In this document: piece after piece, positions 19,711 through 29,083 of the stretch
Position numbering within the stretch: the first letter of the stretch is position 1
How the letters are laid out: every line of letters begins with the position of its first letter
DNA from: Alphaproteobacteria bacterium
GTDB lineage: Bacteria; Pseudomonadota; Alphaproteobacteria; G965222575
Direction of reading: 5' to 3'
NCBI GenBank assembly: GCA_965222575.1
Contig: OZ244958.1
Location: 1,120,001 to 1,184,000 of the forward strand
Length of the DNA: 64,000 bases
The notes under the pieces: model-generated
Databases searched by the model: none
Told to the model about the DNA's origin: nothing
Seen by the model: only the letters and a program-made list of their open reading frames with translations
Position numbers and translations under genes: made by a program

Positions 19711-21012
19711 ATGACAATGTGCTTTCGTATTTTTATAACAGTCTATATAGGGACGTTTATTGGTGTCGTCCTTATTGGGGCATCTTTTCTCTTCATGAAA
19801 GATAAAAAGGACGAGGAGGGGCACTGGAAGATGGTGGCGTTCTTTGTAGAGAAGGGGGCAAATGTGAATGCACAGGACAAGGACGGCACAACCCTTCTCC
19901 ATAAGGTAGCCTCTGATAGGCACAAGGAGGAAGTGAATGCACAGAGTACGCACGGTGCAACCCCACTCCATCTAGCAGCCTTAGAGGGGAAAAAGGAGGT
20001 AGTAGAGTTCTTAGTAGAGAAGGGGGTAGATGTGAATGCACAGGACAATACCGGTGCAACACCGCTCCATAAAGCAGCTCAGGGTGGACACAAGGAGGTC
20101 GTGGCATTCCTAGTGGAGAAGGGGGCGGATGTGAATGCAAATGACGACAGGTACGGCTGGACACCGCTCCATAAAGCAGCCGAGGGTGCACACAAGGAGG
20201 TAGTAGAGTTCTTAGTAGAGAAGGGGGCAAACATCCACGCAAAGGACGACAAGTACGGCTATACACCGCTCCATCTGGCAGCCTTTAATGGGCACAAGGA
20301 GGTAGCAGAGCTCTTGTTAGAGAAGGGGACAAAAATCAATACAGAGAACAAGTACGGCTATATACCGCTCCATTTAGCAGCCTATATGGGACACAAGGAG
20401 GTAGCAGAGTTCTTGTTGGAGAAGGGGGCAAATGTGAATGCACAGGACAAGGACGGCTATACACCGCTCCATCTGGCAGCCGATAAGGGACACAAGGAGG
20501 TATTGGTATTCCTAGTGAAGGCAGGGGCAGATATCAATATCAAGAACAGCAAGGACGGCAATACACCGCTCCATATGGTAGCTTATATGGGATACAAGGA
20601 GATTGTGGAGTTCTTTGTAGAAGCGGGGGCAGATGTGAAGGCACAGAACAAGAACGGCAAGACACCGCTCTATTGGACAGAGGAGATATTTAAAAAAACA
20701 ACAGATGAAGAAAAAAAGAAGCGCCTCTCTGAGGTGATAGAGTATCTGAAAAGCAAAGATAAGTTTGATAAAACCTCCCCTCCTAAGACTAAGCCTACGC
20801 CTAAGCCTCGCTCTAGGCAACCCGATCTTTCAGCAAGTGAAAGCCGCTCTTCTCACGTACCCCCGGACCCTATAAAGGAAAATCATCGTGCGTTAGAGAT
20901 AAGTCAGCACAGTAAGCAAATGTCGGAGATGAAAAAGGAAAGGGCAGATGAAGAAAAAAAGAAGCGCCTCTCTGAGGTGATAGCGTATCTGAAAAGCAAG
21001 GGGGCGCAATAA
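19711..21012 (+). CDS. Ankyrin-repeat protein with N-terminal membrane anchor
   Basis: Hydrophobic N-terminus; about 9-10 GxTPLHxAA..GH.EVV..LVEKGADVN repeats. Confidence 0.92.
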   Translation: MTMCFRIFITVYIGTFIGVVLIGASFLFMKDKKDEEGHWKMVAFFVEKGANVNAQDKDGTTLLHKVASDRHKEEVNAQSTHGATPLHLAALEGKKEVVEFLVEKGVDVNAQDNTGATPLHKAAQGGHKEVVAFLVEKGADVNANDDRYGWTPLHKAAEGAHKEVVEFLVEKGANIHAKDDKYGYTPLHLAAFNGHKEVAELLLEKGTKINTENKYGYIPLHLAAYMGHKEVAEFLLEKGANVNAQDKDGYTPLHLAADKGHKEVLVFLVKAGADINIKNSKDGNTPLHMVAYMGYKEIVEFFVEAGADVKAQNKNGKTPLYWTEEIFKKTTDEEKKKRLSEVIEYLKSKDKFDKTSPPKTKPTPKPRSRQPDLSASESRSSHVPPDPIKENHRALEISQHSKQMSEMKKERADEEKKKRLSEVIAYLKSKGAQ

Positions 21013-21077
21013 ATCTTGCCTTTGTGCGTTAGGGGCTTGACTTGACAGGAGACCCGAGAGAGTTATACCCTGAGGGC

Positions 21078-22826
21078 ATGACAATACGCTTTCGTGTTAT
21101 TATAGCAGTCTGTATAGGGGTACTTGCTGGTGTCGTGTTTATTGGGGCAATAGAGACGTTTATTGGTCTCGTGCTTATTGGGGCATTTTTTCTATTCACG
21201 TATAATCGGCAACTGGTGTTTGTAAAAACGCTTTTAGAGAGCGGTACACTTGATAAACAGGACGAGGACGGCACAACCCCACTCCACAGAGCGGTCATGG
21301 CTGGACAGTTAGTCAGGGCGCGCCTGTTAGTTGAGGCAGGGGCTAATGTGAATGCAAAGGACAAGGACGGCACAACCCTTCTCCATAAGGTAGCTGATAA
21401 GGGAGATAAAGAGGTGGTGACATTCCTATTGGAGAAGGGGGCTGATGTGAATGCACAGGACAACAACGGCTTTACACCGCTCCATGAGGCAGCATTTTGG
21501 GGACATAAGGCAGTAGCGGAGGTTCTTGTGGAAAAGGGGGCAGATGTGAATACAAAAAACAAGGACGGCACAACCCTTCTCCATAAGGCAGCAGCTAGAC
21601 ATGGACACAAGGAGATTGTGGTGTTCCTAGTGGAGAAGGGGGCTGATATCAATACAAAAAACAAGGACGGCAGGACACCGCTCCATGAGGCAGCATTTTG
21701 GGGACATAAGGCAGTAGCGGAGGTTCTTGTGGAGAAGGGGGCTGATGTGAATGCAAAGGACGAGGACGGCACAACACCGCTCTATATGGCAGCCTATGAG
21801 GGGCGCAAGGAGGTAATGGAGTTCCTTGTAGCGAAGGGGGCGGATGTAAATGCAAAGGACAAGGACGGCACAACCCTTCTCCATAAGGCAGCTAGACATG
21901 GACACAAGGAGATTGTGGTGTTCCTAGTGGAGAAGGGGGCAGATGTGAATGCACAGGACAAGGACGGCGAGACACCGCTCCATAGGGCAGCCACCCTTAG
22001 GCACAAGGAGATAGTGGAGATTCTGGTGCATGCGGAGGCGGATATTGAGGCACTGGACGAGGACGGCTGGACACCGCTCCATTGGGCAGCTAGACATGGA
22101 CACAAGGAGGTAGTGGCGTTCCTAGTGGAGAAAGGGGCTAATGTGAATACAAAGGACAAGGGCAGCACAACCCTTCTCCATTCTGTAGCCGCTAAGGGGC
22201 ACTGGAAGATGGTGGAGTTTCTAGTGGAGAAGGGAGCAGATGTGAATGCAAAGGACAAGTACGGCTATACACTGCTCCATATGGTAGCCTTTAATGGGTA
22301 CAAGGAGGTAGTGGAAGTTCTTGTGAAGGCAGGGGCAGATATCAATATCAAGGACAGCAAGGACGGCTGGACACCGCTCCATTTTGCAGCCTCTAAGGGA
22401 CACAAGGAGATAGTGGAAGTTCTTGTGGAAGCGGGGGCAGATGTGAATGCAGTAGTGGAAGTTCTTGTGAAGGCAGGGGCAGATATCAATATCAAGGAAA
22501 GCAAGTACGGCGCAACACCGCTCCATTTGGCAACCGGTAATGGACACAAAGAAGTGGTGGAGTTCCTAGTGGAGAAGGGGGCATATGTGAATGCACAGGA
22601 CAAGGACGGCAAGACGACACCGCTCCATTGGGCAGCCGGTAAGGGACACAAGGAGATTGTGGAGGTTCTAGTGAAGGCAGGGGCATATGTGAATGCACAG
22701 AACAAGTACGGCGAGACACCGCTCCATATAGCAGAGCAAGCATTAAAAGAAACAACAAACGAAGAAAAAAAGAAGCGCTTAAAAGAGGTGATAGCGTATC
22801 TTATAAGCAAGGGTGGGCAGCAATAA
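21078..22826 (+). CDS. Ankyrin-repeat protein with N-terminal membrane anchor (about 15 repeats)
   Basis: Same repeat family; ATG 21078 chosen by homology with the start of 19711. Confidence 0.92.
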   Translation: MTIRFRVIIAVCIGVLAGVVFIGAIETFIGLVLIGAFFLFTYNRQLVFVKTLLESGTLDKQDEDGTTPLHRAVMAGQLVRARLLVEAGANVNAKDKDGTTLLHKVADKGDKEVVTFLLEKGADVNAQDNNGFTPLHEAAFWGHKAVAEVLVEKGADVNTKNKDGTTLLHKAAARHGHKEIVVFLVEKGADINTKNKDGRTPLHEAAFWGHKAVAEVLVEKGADVNAKDEDGTTPLYMAAYEGRKEVMEFLVAKGADVNAKDKDGTTLLHKAARHGHKEIVVFLVEKGADVNAQDKDGETPLHRAATLRHKEIVEILVHAEADIEALDEDGWTPLHWAARHGHKEVVAFLVEKGANVNTKDKGSTTLLHSVAAKGHWKMVEFLVEKGADVNAKDKYGYTLLHMVAFNGYKEVVEVLVKAGADINIKDSKDGWTPLHFAASKGHKEIVEVLVEAGADVNAVVEVLVKAGADINIKESKYGATPLHLATGNGHKEVVEFLVEKGAYVNAQDKDGKTTPLHWAAGKGHKEIVEVLVKAGAYVNAQNKYGETPLHIAEQALKETTNEEKKKRLKEVIAYLISKGGQQ

Positions 22827-22999
22827 TTTTGTTAATGATGATAGGGTATTGAGTCTAAGCACTAGAGTTTAGTCGTAAAAAGTGCCTATTCATTGGCGTT
22901 AAGGTTTTAGGGAAAATTATTGATTGTGTATTTCTGCATAAGGATTTATTATGTAGATATCAATCTTGTACTCTTTTAAGAAAACAGGTTAGTGAGAAG

Positions 23000-23236
23000 A
23001 TGAATATTTACGATATAGAAGAAGAGTTATTATCAACGTGTGCTCATACGCAAGAGGTTGTTGATAGGTTATATGCTTTGTTGTTGTCACTTAAGGAGAA
23101 GTCTAGTGATGAGAAGAAAGATGGGGTACATGAGGTTAATATGATAATGATGATTTTATTAGAGAATCTTCAATACCTTGATGCGCATTTTGAGAAAGCC
23201 TATAAGGAAGCGCATAAGTTACAGCCTAATCACTAG
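23000..23236 (+). CDS. Small acidic helical hypothetical protein, paralogue of 5994-6239
   Basis: Gapless similarity (EEE.L..C, LY.LL, EK.DGV.E, A.KEA.K). Confidence 0.65.
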   Translation: MNIYDIEEELLSTCAHTQEVVDRLYALLLSLKEKSSDEKKDGVHEVNMIMMILLENLQYLDAHFEKAYKEAHKLQPNH

Positions 23237-23286
23237 TGCAAGGGCTATCCCTCTGAGGTATAGAGAAGAGACCTTGTACAAAGGAG

Positions 23287-23493
23287 GTGAAGAAGGTTAA
23301 GAACCCTATTGTTGGAACCAATATAGAGTGTCCTGTATGGCTCTCTCCAGAGCAAGCAGCAGAGTATCTAGGGGTGAAGCGCCGTACTCTATGGGATTTG
23401 AAGTATGCAGGGAAAGGCCCCCCATACAGCAAGATAGGCAATCGCATTCGCTATACCCTAGACGATATCAAAGCCTTTGCTCAGGCAAGGTAG
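23287..23493 (+). CDS. Excisionase/AlpA-like helix-turn-helix protein
   Basis: WLSPEQAAEYLGVKRRTL...GKGPPYSKIGNRIRY. Confidence 0.85.
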   Translation: MKKVKNPIVGTNIECPVWLSPEQAAEYLGVKRRTLWDLKYAGKGPPYSKIGNRIRYTLDDIKAFAQAR

Positions 23494-23707
23494 ATATATC
23501 CTAGTTGTATTAGTTATTGAGAAGATATTTTAATAGACTTACCTGATTTAAATACAGCCTTAACAAAGGTCTAAGGCGTATCAGAAAATCCTTTACTGAC
23601 ATGGATGAATATCAAGCTTTCCTTTATTATTCCCTTGACGCTCTTCATATTTTTTGTTTTCTTAGTAAGAGGTATGAAGTTCTTCCGTAAGGTGCAGTAA
23701 ATTTATC

Positions 23708-24580
23708 ATGGCAGTTGTAGTTCCTGAAGAAACAATTGAAGTCATATCAAAGATTTATCCTTTGTTTTATAATGTGAGAACAATTTATAAGCTTATAGAG
23801 GAATTGTGTTCTTCTTACCGGTTACCAGATTTTAGTGACGAATACGTCGATAGACAGCTCTCAGGATACGATTTTATACACGAAGACATAGGCATAACTA
23901 CAAGAGAAGACAGACAAGATGCTTTGGGGGGAATTATAAAAAAATTTCTGCTCAGAAATGTTGAGGATGGAGATTTGCAGATTCTTGCAGGATTTATTAA
24001 ACCCTTTATGGAGCAAGAAGTACACCGTGAAAGTAATAGACAAAAGCAAAAGCAAGATCGAAAGAAAATACTGCAGGCTCTTGGACGGGATGAACTGGAG
24101 TATTTAAAAGGTGGGCGTATTAGACCAATAATACAGATACAAGATATTGTCACAAGTGTATCGAATACTTTGCACGAAGCTCTTCCTGAGGGATTTGAAG
24201 AAAGGAAGAAAAAACTAGAAAATGCTTATAACGAAGAGTGGTATGATAATGTGCTCGTGCAAGCAGGAATATTATTAGAAGAAACCTATCTAGAATATGC
24301 TAAAAAGCATGGTATCCCTGCTTGCAAAAATTCATCTCACCTTGCAGAACCAGTACTTGAGCATATGAAGCCTCATCTAAAAAATGTAGATGAGAAATAT
24401 CAGGAGATTTTTCAAGCATTAAGGACTCTTGTAAAAAAAATTAAGGCTTTGAGAGATCAATATGGTGCTCACGGAACGAAAGAACCACAAAAGCCCATAC
24501 CTTCTCATAATGCGGCATTAGTTATGCACGCAGCTTTAACGCTCTCCTCTTACATTTTAGCGTGTAAAGAGGAAATATAG
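23708..24580 (+). CDS. Abortive-infection family protein with C-terminal HEPN-like (Abi_C) domain
   Basis: LRDQYGAHG matches the Rx4-6H HEPN motif in a helical C-terminal domain. Confidence 0.6.
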   Translation: MAVVVPEETIEVISKIYPLFYNVRTIYKLIEELCSSYRLPDFSDEYVDRQLSGYDFIHEDIGITTREDRQDALGGIIKKFLLRNVEDGDLQILAGFIKPFMEQEVHRESNRQKQKQDRKKILQALGRDELEYLKGGRIRPIIQIQDIVTSVSNTLHEALPEGFEERKKKLENAYNEEWYDNVLVQAGILLEETYLEYAKKHGIPACKNSSHLAEPVLEHMKPHLKNVDEKYQEIFQALRTLVKKIKALRDQYGAHGTKEPQKPIPSHNAALVMHAALTLSSYILACKEEI

Positions 24581-24665
24581 GCATATACGGCACTTCTCTT
24601 CTTCCATTTGAAAACTTCCCTGTGTCCTAGTATCCTGAAGTGTAGGAAAGAAGAGGAGAGGAGGT

Positions 24666-25838
24666 ATGCTCATCCCTTATCAGGCAAAGGTATATTCTCA
24701 TGACTTGACGGCTAAGAAGACAGGCTTTGAGAAAATGCGGGGCTTGGGGGCACAGGAAAAGGCGGTTGTGTTTACAGAATCCGTGCGCACACAAACCTAC
24801 TTGAAGCAGTACTTAGAGCAACAGGGGTATAAGGGGAGGCTTGCACTCTACAATGGTCAAAGCAAAGACCGCCAAGGGGTAATAGAGCAGTTTCAAAAGA
24901 AGGCGCAAGTTCTCATAGCCACAGAGGCAGCAGCGGAAGGGTTAAACTTGCAGTTTTGTTCCCTTGTGATTAACTATGACCTGCCGTGGAATCCCCAGAG
25001 GATAGAGCAACGGATAGGGAGATGTCACCGCTATGGACAAAAATACGATGTTGTGGTGATTAACTTTCTCAATGAGAAGAATGCAGCAGATGGGCGTATT
25101 TATGAACTTTTGTGTCATAAGTTCAAGCTGTTTGATGGAGTGTTTGGAGCGTCTGATGAGATACTAGGGCGTTTAGAGGAGGGCATAGACTTTGAGAGGC
25201 GTATCAATGAGATATTTGAGTCTTGCCGCACAAAAGAAGAAATAGAAGCTGCCTTCAGTGCACTTCAACAAGAACTCTCAGAGCCAATAGGTGAGAAAAT
25301 GGCAAAGGCACGCAAAATCCTACTTGAAGAGTTTGGAGGAGAGGTGGCACAGCACTTTGGGCTGGAGGATATCCAAGCCCGCACAGAAACCCTCCAGCAG
25401 CAGTTCTGGGAAGTCACTAAGCATATTCTCAAGGGGGAGTTTACCTTCAATGATAATCGCCGTGTGTTTGGAGTCTTTAAGCAGGAGGTCTATGAGTATG
25501 AACCGCCTGAGTATACCTTAGGGCGTTCGTTTGCGTATAGACTGGAGGCATTTGATACACCAGAGAAGCCAAAGCACTGGAACTTTATGACCCCAAGAGA
25601 GAAGAGGCAGTGGCGACTGCGTCCCTCTGTGTACACGCCTTCAAGCAAGTTGGGGCAACAGGTCTTAAAGGATGCAAAAGCCTTACCAACCCCGCCTGCC
25701 CACCTTGTCTTTGACGCTAGCGTCTTTGAGTCCTTTGGAGGAGACCTACACGGCACAAAGGGATGGCTGAGGGTTGAGGAGGTCTGTGTAAAGGGAAAGG
25801 AAACAATAGCCTACCTTAAAAACAAGGGAGTGCAGTAA
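24666..25838 (+). CDS. SNF2-family helicase, internally deleted (helicase C-lobe only)
   Basis: VVFTES, ATEAAAEGLNLQ, INYDLPWNPQRIEQRIGRCHRYGQ; no Walker A or DEAH. Confidence 0.8.
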   Translation: MLIPYQAKVYSHDLTAKKTGFEKMRGLGAQEKAVVFTESVRTQTYLKQYLEQQGYKGRLALYNGQSKDRQGVIEQFQKKAQVLIATEAAAEGLNLQFCSLVINYDLPWNPQRIEQRIGRCHRYGQKYDVVVINFLNEKNAADGRIYELLCHKFKLFDGVFGASDEILGRLEEGIDFERRINEIFESCRTKEEIEAAFSALQQELSEPIGEKMAKARKILLEEFGGEVAQHFGLEDIQARTETLQQQFWEVTKHILKGEFTFNDNRRVFGVFKQEVYEYEPPEYTLGRSFAYRLEAFDTPEKPKHWNFMTPREKRQWRLRPSVYTPSSKLGQQVLKDAKALPTPPAHLVFDASVFESFGGDLHGTKGWLRVEEVCVKGKETIAYLKNKGVQ

Positions 25839-26023
25839 TCTTGCGGTATTGAGAGCCTTTTCCCCTTATCTACAATATCCCACGAGGGTTGCGACACACT
25901 AGCGGGGTTCCCCCTCAGTGGTATCAACCCTGATAAAGCCCCTATCCGCACCTGTGGGCAAACTGTGCGCAAGGGGCTAGCCTCCTGAGGCATAGAGTAT
26001 CCCTTCTGCCTCTCTGCGTCTGA

Positions 26024-26579
26024 TTAACCCCTTGAGTTTCTTACCCCCTGTTCTTCCCTGTTCACCTTCCTCCGCAAAGTAGAACGCTGTAAGGCTCCAC
26101 TGCCACAATTAAACGCAAACGACACCAACCCATCAAACTGACCATCACGCAATGGGACTCCTATCAAGCACAATACAGCTCCCTCCGCCCATAGTACATC
26201 TTTACGCAATAACGCTTCTGCTTCTTTAACCAAAAATCCCCATTCTGCTCGTGCCTGTTGTAACGACCCTGTAATGGTCTTAAGTGCTGTATGCAACCCC
26301 TGAAACTCCATCCCTGTTTTGCCTATAGCCTTCAGGCCTCCTATGATGCCACGTATCCCAGCATAGGCCCCCTATTAACGCTACTCCCTGTCTCAACACG
26401 CCATTGAGCGCACGGGCAGAGGTATCAACTGCCTTCAATCCCATACTTGCAGGCTTACTGGCATGGGAAATCCTCTTTAAGGCTCGCTCCCCCTCGTTGC
26501 CAACCTTGATAAAGGATGAGCGGACTTTCCCTCCTCCCTCCAATGCCAAGCGTATTGATAGTGTTTTAGTCTTTGCCAT
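26024..26579 (-). pseudogene. Tape-measure N-terminus fused by deletion to a phage lysozyme fragment
   Basis: MAKTKTLSIRLALEGG.. and FQGLHTALKTITGS (TMP-like) joined to EAEALLRKDV..QFDGLVSFAFNCGSGALQRSTL (GH24-like). Confidence 0.7.
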
Positions 26580-27303
26580 TATGTATATCTTGTATGGCTA
26601 AAAATACCCCCTCTGATACCCACCACTAGCAACTCCGCCAGTGCGTCTTGGTTGTAGCCAAGAACCTCTCCTAGCCGCAGAGCCACATCAAGAGGAAAAC
26701 GTTTGTGTATTTGTGTAGATAAGCGGCATGCTATATCCCACGCTTGCCAGCCTTCTTCTGTCTTCGGCTCGTACTCTAGGTAGGGACAGACTTTGCCGCT
26801 TTCGCTCCTTTCCCCTTTGCTACACGGGAGGTCTTGCTTACGGCACCCTTTGTAGTACTCCGACCCGTCTCCGAAGTGCCAGTGGACACGAGCCCTGAGC
26901 CGTTTTTTTCCTGCTCCAGCATCTCCCATAACCCCGTATACTGCTGCCTGAACACCTCAGCAACAGACCAAAAATTCTCAAAGAGTTCATCTATCTTTTC
27001 AGGGAGTAGGGGAGCGGGAACATCACTATTTGCCTCCAATATCCCCTCCCACTCCAGTATCCCAGCCCGTGCGAGACCACAGGTCAAATACTGCTCCGCT
27101 AGGGCTTGCCTCTTCACCTTAGACTCTATGGAAGGGGAGGGCGTGTCATCCTTGAGAGACTCTTCCCCAATGGCACGGAGTCTATACTCCATAAACGCTC
27201 TCCCTTGATAGAAAATAGGGCTTGTTAAAGGGCGCACCTTTACTCTTACCCCACTCCCGCATTCACTCCAATACGCTTTCTTTGGTATTTTTAATCTGAG
27301 CAT
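26579..27303 (-). CDS. Tail assembly chaperone pair (gpG/gpGT-like) with a -1 slippery site
   Basis: Overlapping ORFs 26776-27303 and 26579-26929 upstream of TMP; A AAA AAC at EKN (26902-26908). Confidence 0.75.
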
Positions 27304-27425
27304 ATATCCTCCTGCTGCTTCTTGATATTCAATATGGAAGTCGCAGGTTCAAATCCCGCCTCCCTAGATATCTTGATAATCTTCAATCCCCCTGCTATCC
27401 TTGACTCTGCAGGTCAAAAAACTTC

Positions 27426-27522
27426 TTGACTTTTATGAGTATGCCTACTATATTTAACATTAACCCCCCCCGTATGCTTCGGCTGCGGGCCGCAAAGCCC
27501 CTTCATGGGGCTTTCGCTTTTT
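27426..27522 (+). promoter_or_regulatory. Promoter, structured leader and terminator upstream of the NYN gene
   Basis: TTGACT-17-TATATT; hairpins CCCGTA..TGCGGG and AAAGCCCC..GGGGCTTT followed by T5. Confidence 0.6.
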
Positions 27523-27533
27523 AAGGCATCGTA

Positions 27534-27806
27534 ATGCAAACAGCTATCTATATTGATGCGTTAAACCTGTACTATGGATGCCTGAAAAAGACACCCTACA
27601 AATGGCTTGATTTGCAGGCTTTATTCTCAAATATCCTGCAAGATACGCATACCATCACCCACATCAAATACTTCACAACACTCATCAAGCCTGTTAGACA
27701 AAATAACAACGCTAAACAGAGGCAAGAAACATACATTAGAGCCCTAGAAACCCACATTCCAAATGACTGCTTCCCCTGCTTTCCCCCTGCCTTCCAGCAC
27801 CCATAG
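27534..27806 (+). pseudogene. NYN-domain (PIN-fold) ribonuclease, C-terminally truncated
   Basis: IYIDALNLYYG..KWLDL..IKYFT..RQETYIRAL; lacks the downstream EK.TD and SGD motifs. Confidence 0.7.
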
Positions 27807-28424
27807 ACTTTTACCAGCCAAAGTAGGAATAGCAGATTGCCAATTACTAGGTGCCGATAAATGTCCATCATTCCCTATCATTAGTGTTGTACTCGGTATT
27901 GTTAGTAGTACTCCATCATCAGCTAATGCATAAAACCTATATTGCCCTAACCCATTGACTCCTTTGGGTCCTTGAAGGGAGTCGGTAACCTCTATCTCTG
28001 CAGGCGTATCAACATACTCCACCACAATCGGTACCACGGCTCCCTTCATCGCCGCAGCCCCCTCAAGTGGCTCTGTCATCACCTCCGAACTGCCTATGGT
28101 GAGAGTGTCCACTATCCCTCCAAGCCTATCTGTTCCAGATAACGCTTGCTGGACATCCCCAATCAATTCATCAAAGGCTGCTTCCCGAACAACAACCTCT
28201 TTCTCTTGAACAACAACCTCCAGCTCCACCCTGTGCTGGTAAATATTACGAGGAGGAGAGAGTAATGCCTCTGGCTCTCCTTGGTCTCCATCTCTCAATA
28301 TCAGCAACCCTCCCTTTGGGATTGCTACAGGTAAAACTTCATTGCGCAAGACTGTTCTCTCTGGCAATCGCCTCTGTAAAACCCAAAAGAGTCTCCGCAA
28401 GACCTGCTCACTTTTTGTGTTCAT
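27744..28424 (-). CDS. Phage tail-terminator-like protein with an unrelated C-terminal fusion
   Basis: VLRNEVLP..GGLLILRDGD.GEPE..LSP..YQHRVELEVVVQ, recalled from alphaproteobacterial prophages. Confidence 0.6.
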   Translation of the reverse strand: MNTKSEQVLRRLFWVLQRRLPERTVLRNEVLPVAIPKGGLLILRDGDQGEPEALLSPPRNIYQHRVELEVVVQEKEVVVREAAFDELIGDVQQALSGTDRLGGIVDTLTIGSSEVMTEPLEGAAAMKGAVVPIVVEYVDTPAEIEVTDSLQGPKGVNGLGQYRFYALADDGVLLTIPSTTLMIGNDGHLSAPSNWQSAIPTLAGKSLWVLEGRGKAGEAVIWNVGF

Positions 28425-29083
28425 TCTAATATCTCCCAGTTTTTGACCACAAGCGCAGGAATGCGGCTATGCCAGCGCTTTGAATCCTTCTTAAAATCAA
28501 TCTTTTTAGGCATCCGAACCTGTGGTACCAACCAAAACATCACCTTTGGTCTGACATTCGTGGGGTTTGAAGCCCCTTTCCGTATCCTGCGCAGTTTGCG
28601 AAATGCCCCCGTCTCCCTGCTATAGGGCGCCTGCAAGTTAGTGTCCACCAACAGCCCCTTCCCTCGATATGTTATGAAAGTCAAAGGGCCCTTCGCCTGC
28701 TCATACAAGGCAGGTGTTACCCGCTTGCCCCATATCCTCTTCGGCGCATTCCGTGTTGGTATCGCCAGCATCCGTCTCTCTTTCCCCCGAATAACATGCC
28801 CGTCCTCTAACCCCACCATGATGTCATGCTGGTCGCACTTAGGTTCCCCCTGAATGGTATAGGAGTCCTCTCCTACAGAGATACTCTCTCCTGCTTTAGG
28901 AGAGGGGATTTCAGATAAGCGCACTTGTAGGGTATGAGATGGACTATGGAAAGTAGCTTCCTGCCAGTCTACAACCCTACCTGGAGAGAGAAGTATGACC
29001 TTAATTGCCTCGCCCTCGTACACCCCCTCCACCCCCAAACACCGAAATAAAGTGTCTACTGCACCCTCAAAAGCAATACTCAC
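28421..29083 (-). pseudogene. Head-tail joining protein fused to a neck/tail-completion gene fragment
   Basis: AFEGAVDTLF..P.AGE..YTIQGEP joined to LAIPT..FWLVPQV. Confidence 0.55.

Noticed and set aside
18868-22810. Many minus-strand ORFs over the ankyrin region
   Set aside because: Antisense shadows of repetitive coding DNA
19078-22826. Diversity-generating retroelement acting on the ankyrin repeats
   Set aside because: No reverse transcriptase in the window and no evident adenine-specific template/variable repeat pair
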